Source: Candidatus Eiseniibacteriota bacterium
GTDB taxonomy: Bacteria > Eisenbacteria > RBG-16-71-46
Reading direction: 5' to 3'
Assembly: GCA_963744995.1 (NCBI GenBank)
Contig: CAVUWA010000004.1
Location: 96,001-160,000, forward strand
Length of the DNA: 64,000 nt
In this document: in pieces, positions 19,018 through 27,649 of the stretch
Position numbering within the stretch: position 1 is the stretch's first letter
Layout: every line of letters starts with the position of its first letter
The notes under the pieces: model-generated
What the model saw: only the letters and a program-made list of their open reading frames with translations
The model's database searches: none
What the model was told of the DNA's origin: nothing
Made by a program: the position numbers and the translations under genes

Positions 19018-19950
19018 CTAGAACAGAAGCGTCGTGCCCATCGTGAATTCGACGTTGTTGTTCTCGACGCGCGCGTCGTCGCTGCCCGACTTGAAGCGAT
19101 AGTCGCGAACCTCCCAGCGCACCGCGGTGCGCTTGGAGAGGTACAGCATGGTGCCGGCGCCGAAGTTCCAGCTCGGCTCGGTCTCACCGCGCATGATCGT
19201 CGAGCCGAGGCCGCCGGTGACGTACGGCACCATCTGTCGTCCGGGCAGGATCTCGAAGTTCAGGGACAGCTGGTAGAACAGCATGTGGAAGTCCTCGGCC
19301 TCGAGCGAGAGGTCGAACAGCGACTCCACGATCTCGGCCGGGCGCCGCACGTGCGTCCACGCCAGCCCGCCTTCGGCCTGCAGGCGGTCGAAGACGTAGT
19401 AGCCGATGCGTCCGCCTGCCACGAACGAGTTGGACTTGCGGTCGAAGGCGTACGCGCCCCCGTAGCCGGTGAGCATGTAGGTGCCGGTGCGGGAGTAGAC
19501 CTTCGGATTGGGCTTGAACTCGAGATCCGACAGGTCGTCGAACACCTTGCACAGCGAAGCGTGGATCCAGCCGGTCTCGCTTTCCGAGAGCCGCACGTTG
19601 TACCAGTCGCCGCTCTTGGCGATCACGGTGAACACCGTGCCCTTCTCGTACACGCCCGCGATCGCGTAGCCGTCGCCGGGGCCCGTGCGCACGACGTTGT
19701 CGTCGCTCACGTCGAGCTTCACCTTGCGCGAGGTCGGCAGCGGCGCGTTCGCGGGGAAGGCCGGCCGCGGCGCGGGCGCCGGGACCGCGACGGCGGTGGA
19801 ATCGACGGGCGGCGCGGCGGAATCCGGCGCCGGCGCGGCGTCGTCGGCACCGGCGCCGGCGGCGAGCAGCAGCGCCGCCGCGAGCGACAGCATGGCGGCC
19901 GTCCGTGCGGGACGCCGGCGCGGGAACGAAGTGTCGGACGATGCGGTCAT
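19018..19950 (-). CDS. SH3 domain + outer-membrane beta-barrel protein
   Basis: Bacterial SH3 signature NVVRTGPGDGY...GDWYNVRL...GWIH, followed by amphipathic strands (VPYVTGGLG, WNFGAG) and a terminal beta-signal VEFTMGTTLLF. Confidence 0.85.
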   Translation of the reverse strand: MTASSDTSFPRRRPARTAAMLSLAAALLLAAGAGADDAAPAPDSAAPPVDSTAVAVPAPAPRPAFPANAPLPTSRKVKLDVSDDNVVRTGPGDGYAIAGVYEKGTVFTVIAKSGDWYNVRLSESETGWIHASLCKVFDDLSDLEFKPNPKVYSRTGTYMLTGYGGAYAFDRKSNSFVAGGRIGYYVFDRLQAEGGLAWTHVRRPAEIVESLFDLSLEAEDFHMLFYQLSLNFEILPGRQMVPYVTGGLGSTIMRGETEPSWNFGAGTMLYLSKRTAVRWEVRDYRFKSGSDDARVENNNVEFTMGTTLLF

Positions 19951-19963
19951 CGGGAGATCCCTT

Positions 19964-20641
19964 TCACCGGGGGCCGTAGTGCCGCGCGAGCTCGAAGCGC
20001 GCGCTCCAGTCGCCGAACGTGTCGCGGCGGTATTCGATGGCGTTGCCGTTGCGGTGCGCGGTGTCCATGCGGAAGAAGCGGCGATCGAGGTCGAGACCGG
20101 CGCTCCAGCCCGCGACGAGTGGCCGCGAGAACGCGACGCCGGCACCGGCGATCCATTCGTTCACCGGCGCGAAGGTCGCCTCGATGGGGCCCGAGCCCGT
20201 ATCGATCGAGATTTGGTCCGGGTCCCAGGCGACGCGCACCCTGCCGAGGCTGGTGGCGCCCATCACGTCCACGCCGAGCGCGCGGGCGAGCCGCACGCGG
20301 CCGACCGCCTCGAGGCTCGTCAGGTGCACGGCCGAGGTGAACGTGCCCGAAGGCAGCTCGCTGGTCTGCGTGGTCTGCGTGCGCCAGAAGCGCAGCCCCG
20401 CGGCGAGCGCGCCGCGGCCGGCGAGCGCTTCGGCGCCCCATGCGGTGCGCGGCAGCACGTGCCACTGATAGTTCGCGAGGGCCGCGTCGGGCATCGAGGA
20501 GCCGCTCAGCACGCCGATCGAGCACCACCGTCCCGGGTCGGGCGCGGGGACGCCGTCCGCCGCACGCGCCGGGCCCGCGCCGGACACGAGCGCCGCGAGG
20601 GCGAGGGCCACGAGCCGATGTCGGGAGCGCAGGATCATCAC
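19964..20641 (-). CDS. Probable small outer-membrane beta-barrel protein
   Basis: Signal peptide ends ARA. Alternating Gly/aromatic strands (WIAGAGVAF, WSAGLDLD, WSARFELARHY). Start overlaps the upstream stop. Confidence 0.6.
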   Translation of the reverse strand: MMILRSRHRLVALALAALVSGAGPARAADGVPAPDPGRWCSIGVLSGSSMPDAALANYQWHVLPRTAWGAEALAGRGALAAGLRFWRTQTTQTSELPSGTFTSAVHLTSLEAVGRVRLARALGVDVMGATSLGRVRVAWDPDQISIDTGSGPIEATFAPVNEWIAGAGVAFSRPLVAGWSAGLDLDRRFFRMDTAHRNGNAIEYRRDTFGDWSARFELARHYGPR

Positions 20642-21300
20642 GGCGCCGCCGGCGCCCCGACGGTCAGCGGCAGGCCGACCGGCAGGATCTCGTAGGGGCC
20701 CGAAGGGAACGGCGTGATCACCAGCGAATCGGTGCCGTTACGCAGCCGGATCTCCTCGCCGCTCGCCAGGTACACGAGCAGGAAGGTGCCGGGCGGATTA
20801 CCGCTCGAATCCACGCCCGCCGGCATCGTCGCGGCGAAGTCGAACTGGATTCCCTGCTGCAGGTGATCCCAGCCGGTGATCGCGCGCGTCGCGCGTCCCA
20901 TGGACACCGAGTTCGCGAGGATGTTGTCGATGTCGTACGCCATGCGCTCGCGCGGCGCGTCGGGCGCCACGCGCACCTGGCCGGGCTGCACCGTGCCGGC
21001 GCGCAGCTCGGCCACCGCATACCCGGTGACGATCGCGCGATAGGTGATCTTCGTACTCAGGTCGAAGGTCTGGTACGAGCCCGCGGGCAGCGACTGGAAC
21101 GCCTGGACGTTGGAAGACTCGATGTCCACCCGCGTCCAGCGGTCTTCGAGCTCCGGCTTGCCGAGACACCCGCCGCCGGTGAGCAGCGAGGCCGCGAGCA
21201 GCGCCGCCGCCGCGCGCGCGAGCGCCGCCCCGCGCCCGGGGGCGAGCACACCGCGGGCGCGGGCCGCGCCGCGTGCCAATGCCGGAGACGGCCGGCTCAC
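20638..21300 (-). CDS. Hypothetical lipoprotein
   Basis: GTGA overlap at 21300. Hydrophobic stretch ending LTGGG-C, then a beta-rich mature domain. Confidence 0.65.
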   Translation of the reverse strand: MSRPSPALARGAARARGVLAPGRGAALARAAAALLAASLLTGGGCLGKPELEDRWTRVDIESSNVQAFQSLPAGSYQTFDLSTKITYRAIVTGYAVAELRAGTVQPGQVRVAPDAPRERMAYDIDNILANSVSMGRATRAITGWDHLQQGIQFDFAATMPAGVDSSGNPPGTFLLVYLASGEEIRLRNGTDSLVITPFPSGPYEILPVGLPLTVGAPAAP

Positions 21301-22943
21301 CGCACCAGCACCATCTTGTGGGTGAGGGCGTCGTGGTCCACGTCGAGGCGGTAGAAGTAGATGCCCGCCGCGACGCCGAGGCCGGCGTCGTCGGTGCCGT
21401 CCCAGACGACCTCGTTGAGGCCGGCTGAGAACGTGCGATCGAAGCGGCGCACCACGCGGCCCTGCGCGTCGAACACGCGCAGCGCGGCGTCATGGTCGCC
21501 CGCCGGCAGCACGAACGCGATGCGCGTCGCGGGCATGAACGGATTCGGCGAGTTGCCGAGCAGCACAGGGTGCGAAGGCAGGATCATGGCGCCCTCGCCG
21601 TTCCAGTCGAGCGCGGCGGTCGCAGTTGCGCTCGGGCCGTTCGGATACATCGAGGCCGCGGTCAGGCGCAGGGTGAGGCCGGACGCGCCGCCCGCCGCCG
21701 CAAGATCCTCGGGCGCGAGCGCCAGCGTGTGCGGGCCGGCCGCCAGCGGATCGGTGGTGCGGCGCGCGAGCACTGCGCCGCTCGCCGCGTCGCGCACTTC
21801 CAGCGTCATGCGCGCCTGATCGGTGATCGAGAAACGGGCGACGGGGGCGTCGCCGCCTTCCACCGACAGGCCGCCGATGTCGAGGCCGAGGTTCCACAAC
21901 CGCACGCCGCTCGCGTCGGACCACTGTTCGACGAGCAGCCCCTGCGGCTGGCCGACCCGGGTTTCGACGCCGGTGCGGTGGTCGCGCACGTTGAGGAACG
22001 GCACGTAGAACTGGCGCGGCCGCGTGAGCGCGCCACGCACGTCGGCGATCGGCTCGAGGGCCGCGTTGTACTTGCGCACCACGCCGCGGTTCGGCGCGGC
22101 GGCGTACACGTTGCCCCACTGGTCGGTGTCGAGCGCGGTGACGATGTCGGCATCCGCGGACCTGGAGTCGATCCAGCGGAATGCGCCATTCGCGAAGGTG
22201 AGCCGCACGATGCGCTGGGTGTGCGCGTCGGCGACGTAGACGTCGTTCGTGTTCACGCCCGCGGTGCGGCCGGCGGCAATGGCCATCGGCCCGGCGAAGC
22301 AGTCGCGGCCGCTGCCGAGGGTGCCGAGCGCGGCGAGCTCGCGCGCGCCGTCCATGTCCAGCGCGTAGGCCACGATCCGGTTGTGCCCGGTGTCGGCGAC
22401 GTACAGCACGTCGTCGTCGGGGACGAACGGCGTGCCGGCGTCGGAGATCGCGACGCCGTAGGGACGCGCGAGGCCGCCGATCGCGTAGCGCGGCACCAGC
22501 GAGATGTCGCCGAATTCGGTCACGGCGTCGAACACCAGCACGCGATTGTTGCCGGCGTCGGCGACGTAGACGCGGTTGGCCTCGTCCACCGCCAGGCCGC
22601 GCGGCCCGGCCAAGGCGCCGAAATCGCCGCCCGCACCGTCGTAGGCGTGCAGGCTCTTGCCGACCTCGCCGTAGACGAGGCGGTTCCAGCGCGGGTCCGA
22701 GACGATCTGGAAGCGGCGCGCCTCGAGGTACGGAGCGACGTCGTAGATGTCCACGTTCCCGATCGTCGCCGTGGCGTACGGGTCGGCGAACAGGCTGCGG
22801 CCCACGGTCTGCCGCGCCACGCTGCGGTTCAGGACGTCGATCCCGCTCTCGGGCGCGATCGACGTCGGGTCGAAGGTGCCCGCATGCAGGGTCCCGGCCG
22901 TGATCCACGTCAGACTGATCAGCATCAGGATGTGTCGACGCAC
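21297..22943 (-). CDS. Secreted NHL-repeat beta-propeller protein with C-terminal FlgD Ig-like domain
   Basis: GTG 22943 lies 6 nt after GAGGAG. NHL repeats PRGLAVD...VYVADAGNNRV, LYVADTGHNRI and VYVADAHTQRI. C-terminus NSPNPF...VFDAQGRVVR...WDGTDDAG...GIYFYRL. Confidence 0.85.
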   Translation of the reverse strand: MRRHILMLISLTWITAGTLHAGTFDPTSIAPESGIDVLNRSVARQTVGRSLFADPYATATIGNVDIYDVAPYLEARRFQIVSDPRWNRLVYGEVGKSLHAYDGAGGDFGALAGPRGLAVDEANRVYVADAGNNRVLVFDAVTEFGDISLVPRYAIGGLARPYGVAISDAGTPFVPDDDVLYVADTGHNRIVAYALDMDGARELAALGTLGSGRDCFAGPMAIAAGRTAGVNTNDVYVADAHTQRIVRLTFANGAFRWIDSRSADADIVTALDTDQWGNVYAAAPNRGVVRKYNAALEPIADVRGALTRPRQFYVPFLNVRDHRTGVETRVGQPQGLLVEQWSDASGVRLWNLGLDIGGLSVEGGDAPVARFSITDQARMTLEVRDAASGAVLARRTTDPLAAGPHTLALAPEDLAAAGGASGLTLRLTAASMYPNGPSATATAALDWNGEGAMILPSHPVLLGNSPNPFMPATRIAFVLPAGDHDAALRVFDAQGRVVRRFDRTFSAGLNEVVWDGTDDAGLGVAAGIYFYRLDVDHDALTHKMVLVR

Positions 22944-22974
22944 GTCCAACTCCTCTTTTCGGGTACACCCACGA

Positions 22975-24114
22975 CTAGAACTTGTAGTCCAGCCCCGTCG
23001 TGAAGAAGCCTGCCGAGTAGTTGTTGCTGTTGAAATAGCGCTCGTAGTCCATTCGCACGGCGAAGCGGCTCCAGAGCGGGTTCGCCGTGAGGTCGTAGAG
23101 GTCGAAGTCGATGCCCGTGCCGAACAGGTGCGACGACAGATCGCCGAGCCGGTAGTCGCCGGTCAGGTAGCCGTCGATCCCGTTCACGCTCACGTACTCG
23201 TCGCGATAGAAGTCGGCATGGGTCTGCGTGTACCAGCGGTGCTCGAAGCGCACGAATACGCCGTGCGTGACGTACTGGCTGAGCCGCGTGCGCAGCTCGT
23301 GCGACGTCACGCCCCAGTCGTCGCTGTAGAAGCGGTAGGCGAACTTGAGACTCGAGCGGTTGCTCAGGTACTGGTGCACCTTGAAGAACGCGTCGCGGCG
23401 CTGGCGGTCGTCCGGGTGCCGCTCGGCGACGTGCGTGCCGCCCGCATAGACGTTGCGATACGGGTTGTGCTGCAGGCCGTGCACCCAGTTGTACTCGACG
23501 CCCAGGCGCAGCAGGGTGGTCGGCGTCATCACGCGGGTTGCGACCGCGTTCCAGTGCAGCGTGCGCTTGGTCGCAGCGCCGCCCTGCGTGTCGTCGTCGG
23601 CCAGCGGGGCGATCGCGTCCCAGCCGTAGCTGGTGCCGAGCGACATGTTGAGCCGCTGGTCGTCGTAGTCGCGGGCGTAGTTGGCCGACAGCTGCTGGCC
23701 CAGGTAGTCGCTCTCCGTGGACAGGTAGTAGCCGAGTTTCGCGCCGCCGTGGCGGATCCCGGTCTGCATTTCGTTGCGGGTCTTCACGAAGTCCTGGTAG
23801 GCGTTGCCGCTGATCGGCCGGCTCGCGGTGGTGATCGCGTCCACCGCCTCCTGGCTGCCGGCCGGCGCCTCGACGCCCGGAATCACCACGCGCTCGTTGT
23901 TCCACTGGAGGTCGACCGCCCAGTCGTCGCGCAGCGCCATCGTGTAGTTGCCGATGTACGAGCGCACCGCGACGTGGTCGGAGTCGACGAACGTGCGCAG
24001 CAGCGTGCCGAGGCTCTGCTCGTCGAACGAAGCGACCGCGCGCGCGGGAGCCGCCCACGCCGCACACAGCGTAACCGCCGCCAGCACCGATGCCGGGGTG
24101 CGGCTCAGTTGCAC
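22975..24114 (-). CDS. DUF3570 family predicted outer-membrane beta-barrel protein
   Basis: GTG 24114 overlaps the end of the DUF4266 gene. Motifs VDAITTAS, STESDY, NPYR, ERHPDDRQR, YRFYSDDWGVTSH, YTQTHADFY and TGDYRL. Terminal beta-signal GLDYKF. Confidence 0.85.
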   Translation of the reverse strand: MQLSRTPASVLAAVTLCAAWAAPARAVASFDEQSLGTLLRTFVDSDHVAVRSYIGNYTMALRDDWAVDLQWNNERVVIPGVEAPAGSQEAVDAITTASRPISGNAYQDFVKTRNEMQTGIRHGGAKLGYYLSTESDYLGQQLSANYARDYDDQRLNMSLGTSYGWDAIAPLADDDTQGGAATKRTLHWNAVATRVMTPTTLLRLGVEYNWVHGLQHNPYRNVYAGGTHVAERHPDDRQRRDAFFKVHQYLSNRSSLKFAYRFYSDDWGVTSHELRTRLSQYVTHGVFVRFEHRWYTQTHADFYRDEYVSVNGIDGYLTGDYRLGDLSSHLFGTGIDFDLYDLTANPLWSRFAVRMDYERYFNSNNYSAGFFTTGLDYKF

Positions 24115-24350
24115 GCGCAGCCTCCGCCTTCGCCGCCGTTGCCGCCTGTCGAACCTTCGCGGGCCTCCAGCGACTTGGTCATCATCGCGTCCTTCTTCGC
24201 ATCCGCATCGAACGTCATGATGCGGTCGGTCAGTTTCTCGCGCTGGTAGGCCTGCACGGCGGAACAGCCCGCCGCGCCGGCGCCCAGCGCGACGGCCAGT
24301 GCCAGCCAGACCAGGCGGCGGAACGCATCCATGTTCCTCGGGGTCTTCAT
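24105..24350 (-). CDS. DUF4266 family small lipoprotein
   Basis: ATGA overlap at 24350. Lipobox AAG-C, then VQAYQREKL...M and the C-terminus REGSTGGNGGEGGGCACN. Confidence 0.88.
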   Translation of the reverse strand: MKTPRNMDAFRRLVWLALAVALGAGAAGCSAVQAYQREKLTDRIMTFDADAKKDAMMTKSLEAREGSTGGNGGEGGGCACN

Positions 24351-24997
24351 TCGGAAGCTCCTCGTGCAGGGATCGCCAGCGCCTGCGAGGGCGCGAGCAA
24401 GGCCTCGGTGCGGCGCGCGAGCGCGTCGAGCGCGCCGGCGTCGGAGCCGCTGGTGGTCCACACGACGTTGCCGTCGCGGTCGAGCACCAGCGTGCAGGGG
24501 ATGTGCTGCAGCGCGAGGTCCCGGGCGAGCCCGTCGGGGCCGTCGTGATAGACCGGCAGCGTGAGGCCGTTGCTCTCGACGAAGCGCGTGACGTTGCGCA
24601 GGTCCTCGTCGATCGACACGGCGAGCACGCGCGCGCCACGGCCGGCGAGCGATGCGTTCAGCCGGTCGAGCGCGGGCAGCTCGTGGCGGCACGGCCGGCA
24701 CCAGCTCGCCCAGAAGTTCAGCACCACGACTTCGCCCTGGAGCGAGGCCAGCGGCAGCCGCCGTCCGTCTACACCGGTGAGGACGTGCGAAGCCAGTGCA
24801 CGGCGCATCGCCGCGGCGTCGGCGCCGACCACGCCGGACCCGGCCGCCCGGACCAGCGCGGGCGAGAGCAGCATGAGCGCCAGCAGGGCCGCGCCGGCGC
24901 ATGCGGCCGCGGCGCGGCCCACGCGCCCGGGTTCGAGCGCCGGGACGCCGTGGCGCGCGGCGCGTTGCGACGCGTTCCGGTCGAGGCGGGGCGTCAT
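24347..24997 (-). CDS. TlpA family thiol:disulfide oxidoreductase
   Basis: VVLNFWASWCRPCRHELP (CxxC), AVSID and IPCTLVLDRDG. N-terminal export/anchor helix. TGATG overlap at 24997. Confidence 0.92.
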   Translation of the reverse strand: MTPRLDRNASQRAARHGVPALEPGRVGRAAAACAGAALLALMLLSPALVRAAGSGVVGADAAAMRRALASHVLTGVDGRRLPLASLQGEVVVLNFWASWCRPCRHELPALDRLNASLAGRGARVLAVSIDEDLRNVTRFVESNGLTLPVYHDGPDGLARDLALQHIPCTLVLDRDGNVVWTTSGSDAGALDALARRTEALLAPSQALAIPARGASE

Positions 24998-27012
24998 CAC
25001 TTGTACTGCGCTCCGAGCAGCACCCACAGGTTGAACATGCGTTGCTCCTCGAGGGTCAGCGAGTCCGCACCGGCCGGGTGCGAGCCCATGCCCGCGTGCG
25101 AACCGAGGCCCATGACGTAATCGATCAGCTTCGACCTGCGCGGGAACGCCGGCACGGTGACGTTCGGACCGGTCATGGATTCGCCCGAGAGGTTCACGTA
25201 GGCGCGCGGGAAGATCCGCATCTCCATCGTGGTGTCGGGCACCGCGGTGAGGTCGAGGTCGCCCGGCGCCGCGGTGGTGTCGGTCACCGTGACCCAGCTG
25301 CTGTCCGGCAGCTGCACCTGGCGCGTCGTGTAGGTGGGGTAGTGGCAGGTGACGCACTTGGCCTCGACGATCGGTCCGATGGTCTTCTCGTAGTCGATGA
25401 TCTGCCACTGCGCCGGCGGCAGGTCGAGGTCGTGCGCCGGCATCATGGCCGCCATCGGGTTCGGGTTGGTCGGGAACGGTCCGCCCGCGACGCGGTCCTC
25501 GTGACAGCCGGTGCACTTGTCGAACACCTCGCCCGGCCGCACGTAGATATGCGTGCGCTTGACCACGAAACCGCGGCCGTACGCGTCGAGCGTGGCGAAG
25601 CTGATCGGCGTGTTGGCCGGGACACGGATGTGGAACGAGCCGTCGGACTCGACATGAGCGAACCCGATCAGCGCCCGCTTCTCGAACTCGTTCGCCGAGA
25701 AGTCGTTCATCTCGCCGGCCATGGTCGGCCGCGCCGCGATGACCGCGATGCTGTCGATCGCGTCCACGCCGCGCACCGGGCGTTCCTGGCCGTCGTTGGT
25801 GCCGCGGTTGAACACGTCCTGCGCGATGAACTCGCCATAATCGAGCGAGCGGTCGATCGTCGACGCGATCACCGGCGGCTTCGGGTGCGGCGCCAGCAGC
25901 ACCGCGTCGAACTCGTTCGTGTTCGGATCGTTGTAGAGGAACGTCAGGTTGTTGAGGCTGAACGTGGCCGGATCCTGCACGGTGCCGGCGCCGGTCTCGT
26001 CGAGCGTGAAGGTGTAGAGCGCGTAGTCCGCGTCCTCCGGGGTCGCCGCGGGCAGCGTGTACGACGCGACGAAGCGGTTGCCGCCGATCGGGTGCGGGTA
26101 CTTGAACGCGCCGTAGGGCCACGGTTCGCCGTCGGTGTTGACCTGCGCGGTGAGCCGGTCCCAGTGCAGCGAGTTGCCCGACGTGGCCGGGTCCGCGGGA
26201 CCCTGCTCGGGCTTGAGCATCGCGATCGGACCGGCATCGCCGTTCACCTCGGTGGACTCGATGGCGATGATGCGGCCGTCGGGGGTCGGCACCGCATGGA
26301 AGAAGTTGCGGTTGTGCGGGCCGAACAGGTGGAACGTCCCGGTGCCGTCGGGGTTGGTGACGAACAGCGGGAAGCGGTTGAAGGTGCCGAAGTGCTCCCA
26401 GCGCGTGTACATGATGCGGCCGTTGGGGAGCAGTTCGGGATCGAAGTCGTCGCTCTGGTTGAAGCTGATGCGCTCGATGTTGGCGCCGTCCATGTCGCAC
26501 ACGTACAGGTTCTCGGTGGGCGAGTGGTTGTACTCGTCCATGATCCCGGCGCGCGAGCTCGTGAACAGGATGCGGCCGTCGGGGAGGTAGAGCGGGTCGA
26601 AGTCGTGCCCGCCGCCGCTGGTCACCTGGCGCAGGCCGCTGCCGTCGGCGTGGATCTCCCAGATGTTGCGCCACTGGCCGCCGGAGGGACGCATGGAGAA
26701 CAGGATCTTCGTGCCGTCGAACGAGACGGCCGGGTCCGAGATGCTGGCGCCGGTGAAGTTCGTGATCGGCGTGACCACCCCGTCCGGCGAGATGGGCGAG
26801 AGCTTGAACAGGTTGCCCGCGGCCCAGCTGCGATTGAGCGTCTCCGCGGCGTCCGTCTTCACGAAGACCAGCGCGTCGGTCGTCGTCGCGTCCTGGATGA
26901 GGTCGTCGGGCGCGCTCTCGCGGCACCCGCTCAGGCCGGCCTGCGCGATCAGGCCGACGGCCAGGATTCGAAGAACGGTCCATGGAGTGCCCGGCAGGAG
27001 TCGTTTCAGCAT
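24997..27012 (-). CDS. HzsA-like (hydrazine synthase alpha-related) beta-propeller lipoprotein with two c-type heme motifs
   Basis: Lipobox LSG-C. PD40/TolB-like repeats (DPAVSFDGTKILFS, DPLYLPDGRILFTSSR, NGRIMYTRWEH). Middle-domain motif DGSFHIRVPANTPISFATLD...RPGE. Heme motifs CTGCH and CVTCH. Confidence 0.8.
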   Translation of the reverse strand: MLKRLLPGTPWTVLRILAVGLIAQAGLSGCRESAPDDLIQDATTTDALVFVKTDAAETLNRSWAAGNLFKLSPISPDGVVTPITNFTGASISDPAVSFDGTKILFSMRPSGGQWRNIWEIHADGSGLRQVTSGGGHDFDPLYLPDGRILFTSSRAGIMDEYNHSPTENLYVCDMDGANIERISFNQSDDFDPELLPNGRIMYTRWEHFGTFNRFPLFVTNPDGTGTFHLFGPHNRNFFHAVPTPDGRIIAIESTEVNGDAGPIAMLKPEQGPADPATSGNSLHWDRLTAQVNTDGEPWPYGAFKYPHPIGGNRFVASYTLPAATPEDADYALYTFTLDETGAGTVQDPATFSLNNLTFLYNDPNTNEFDAVLLAPHPKPPVIASTIDRSLDYGEFIAQDVFNRGTNDGQERPVRGVDAIDSIAVIAARPTMAGEMNDFSANEFEKRALIGFAHVESDGSFHIRVPANTPISFATLDAYGRGFVVKRTHIYVRPGEVFDKCTGCHEDRVAGGPFPTNPNPMAAMMPAHDLDLPPAQWQIIDYEKTIGPIVEAKCVTCHYPTYTTRQVQLPDSSWVTVTDTTAAPGDLDLTAVPDTTMEMRIFPRAYVNLSGESMTGPNVTVPAFPRRSKLIDYVMGLGSHAGMGSHPAGADSLTLEEQRMFNLWVLLGAQYK

Positions 27013-27037
27013 GAAGGATGCCTTCCGATGGAGTGGA

Positions 27038-27649
27038 TCACGGCGCGATCGAGCGGTAGAACGACAACCCGATCGTCTGTTGCACGTAGTCGTAGCCGAC
27101 GACGCCGTCCCGGTCGCGTTCGCTGCCGAACGCGGTCGAGTACTGGACGTCGGCGTGCAGCGCGAGATCGCTGCGGATGTAGAACTCGAGGCCGCCGCCC
27201 GCCGAAAGCATGTTCTTGGTCACCGGGTCGGCGTTGACGGAGCGGCCGGGATGGACGGTGATCATTCCGTAGCCCGCGCTGACGTAGGGCTGCAGGCGTC
27301 CGGGGAGCGGGTGCCGCAGGACCGCGTTGACGCCGTTCAGCACGGCGTCCACCGACTGGCCGGGGTTGTGCGCGATGTACGCCTCGTAGCCGAGCCAGCG
27401 GTTCGGGTTGTACGAGACGCGCAGCGCGAACAGCCGCTCGGTGCCGAGCCGGCCGAACGCCGGGGTCACCGAGAACCGGTGCAGGAACGGGCGATCGCCC
27501 GGCTCCAGGCGGTAGGCGTTCCCGGACAGCTCGGGCACCAGGTGCTCGAGCCCGTCGCCCGCGGCCGCCGGTCCGTCCGCGCGCGCGCCGGGTGGCGCGA
27601 ACGGCACGAGCAGGAGGGCGAAGAGCGCGGCGTGACGCAGGCGGCTCAT
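27038..27649 (-). CDS. Small outer-membrane beta-barrel protein (OmpA/OmpW-like)
   Basis: ATGA overlap at 27649. Signal peptide ends ARA. Strands LQPYVSAGYG, SAGGGLEFY and QTIGLSFY. Confidence 0.78.
   Translation of the reverse strand: MSRLRHAALFALLLVPFAPPGARADGPAAAGDGLEHLVPELSGNAYRLEPGDRPFLHRFSVTPAFGRLGTERLFALRVSYNPNRWLGYEAYIAHNPGQSVDAVLNGVNAVLRHPLPGRLQPYVSAGYGMITVHPGRSVNADPVTKNMLSAGGGLEFYIRSDLALHADVQYSTAFGSERDRDGVVGYDYVQQTIGLSFYRSIAP

Noticed and set aside
8640..19950. Claiming gliding motility
   Set aside because: No cytoplasmic platform or polarity genes in the window, and the TonB-like protein lacks an FHA domain. The same parts list also serves non-motility roles.
24997..27012. Anammox hydrazine synthase
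   Set aside because: No beta/gamma subunit or hydroxylamine oxidoreductase-like genes nearby. The protein is a lipoprotein in an envelope operon, so only fold-level relatedness is supported.
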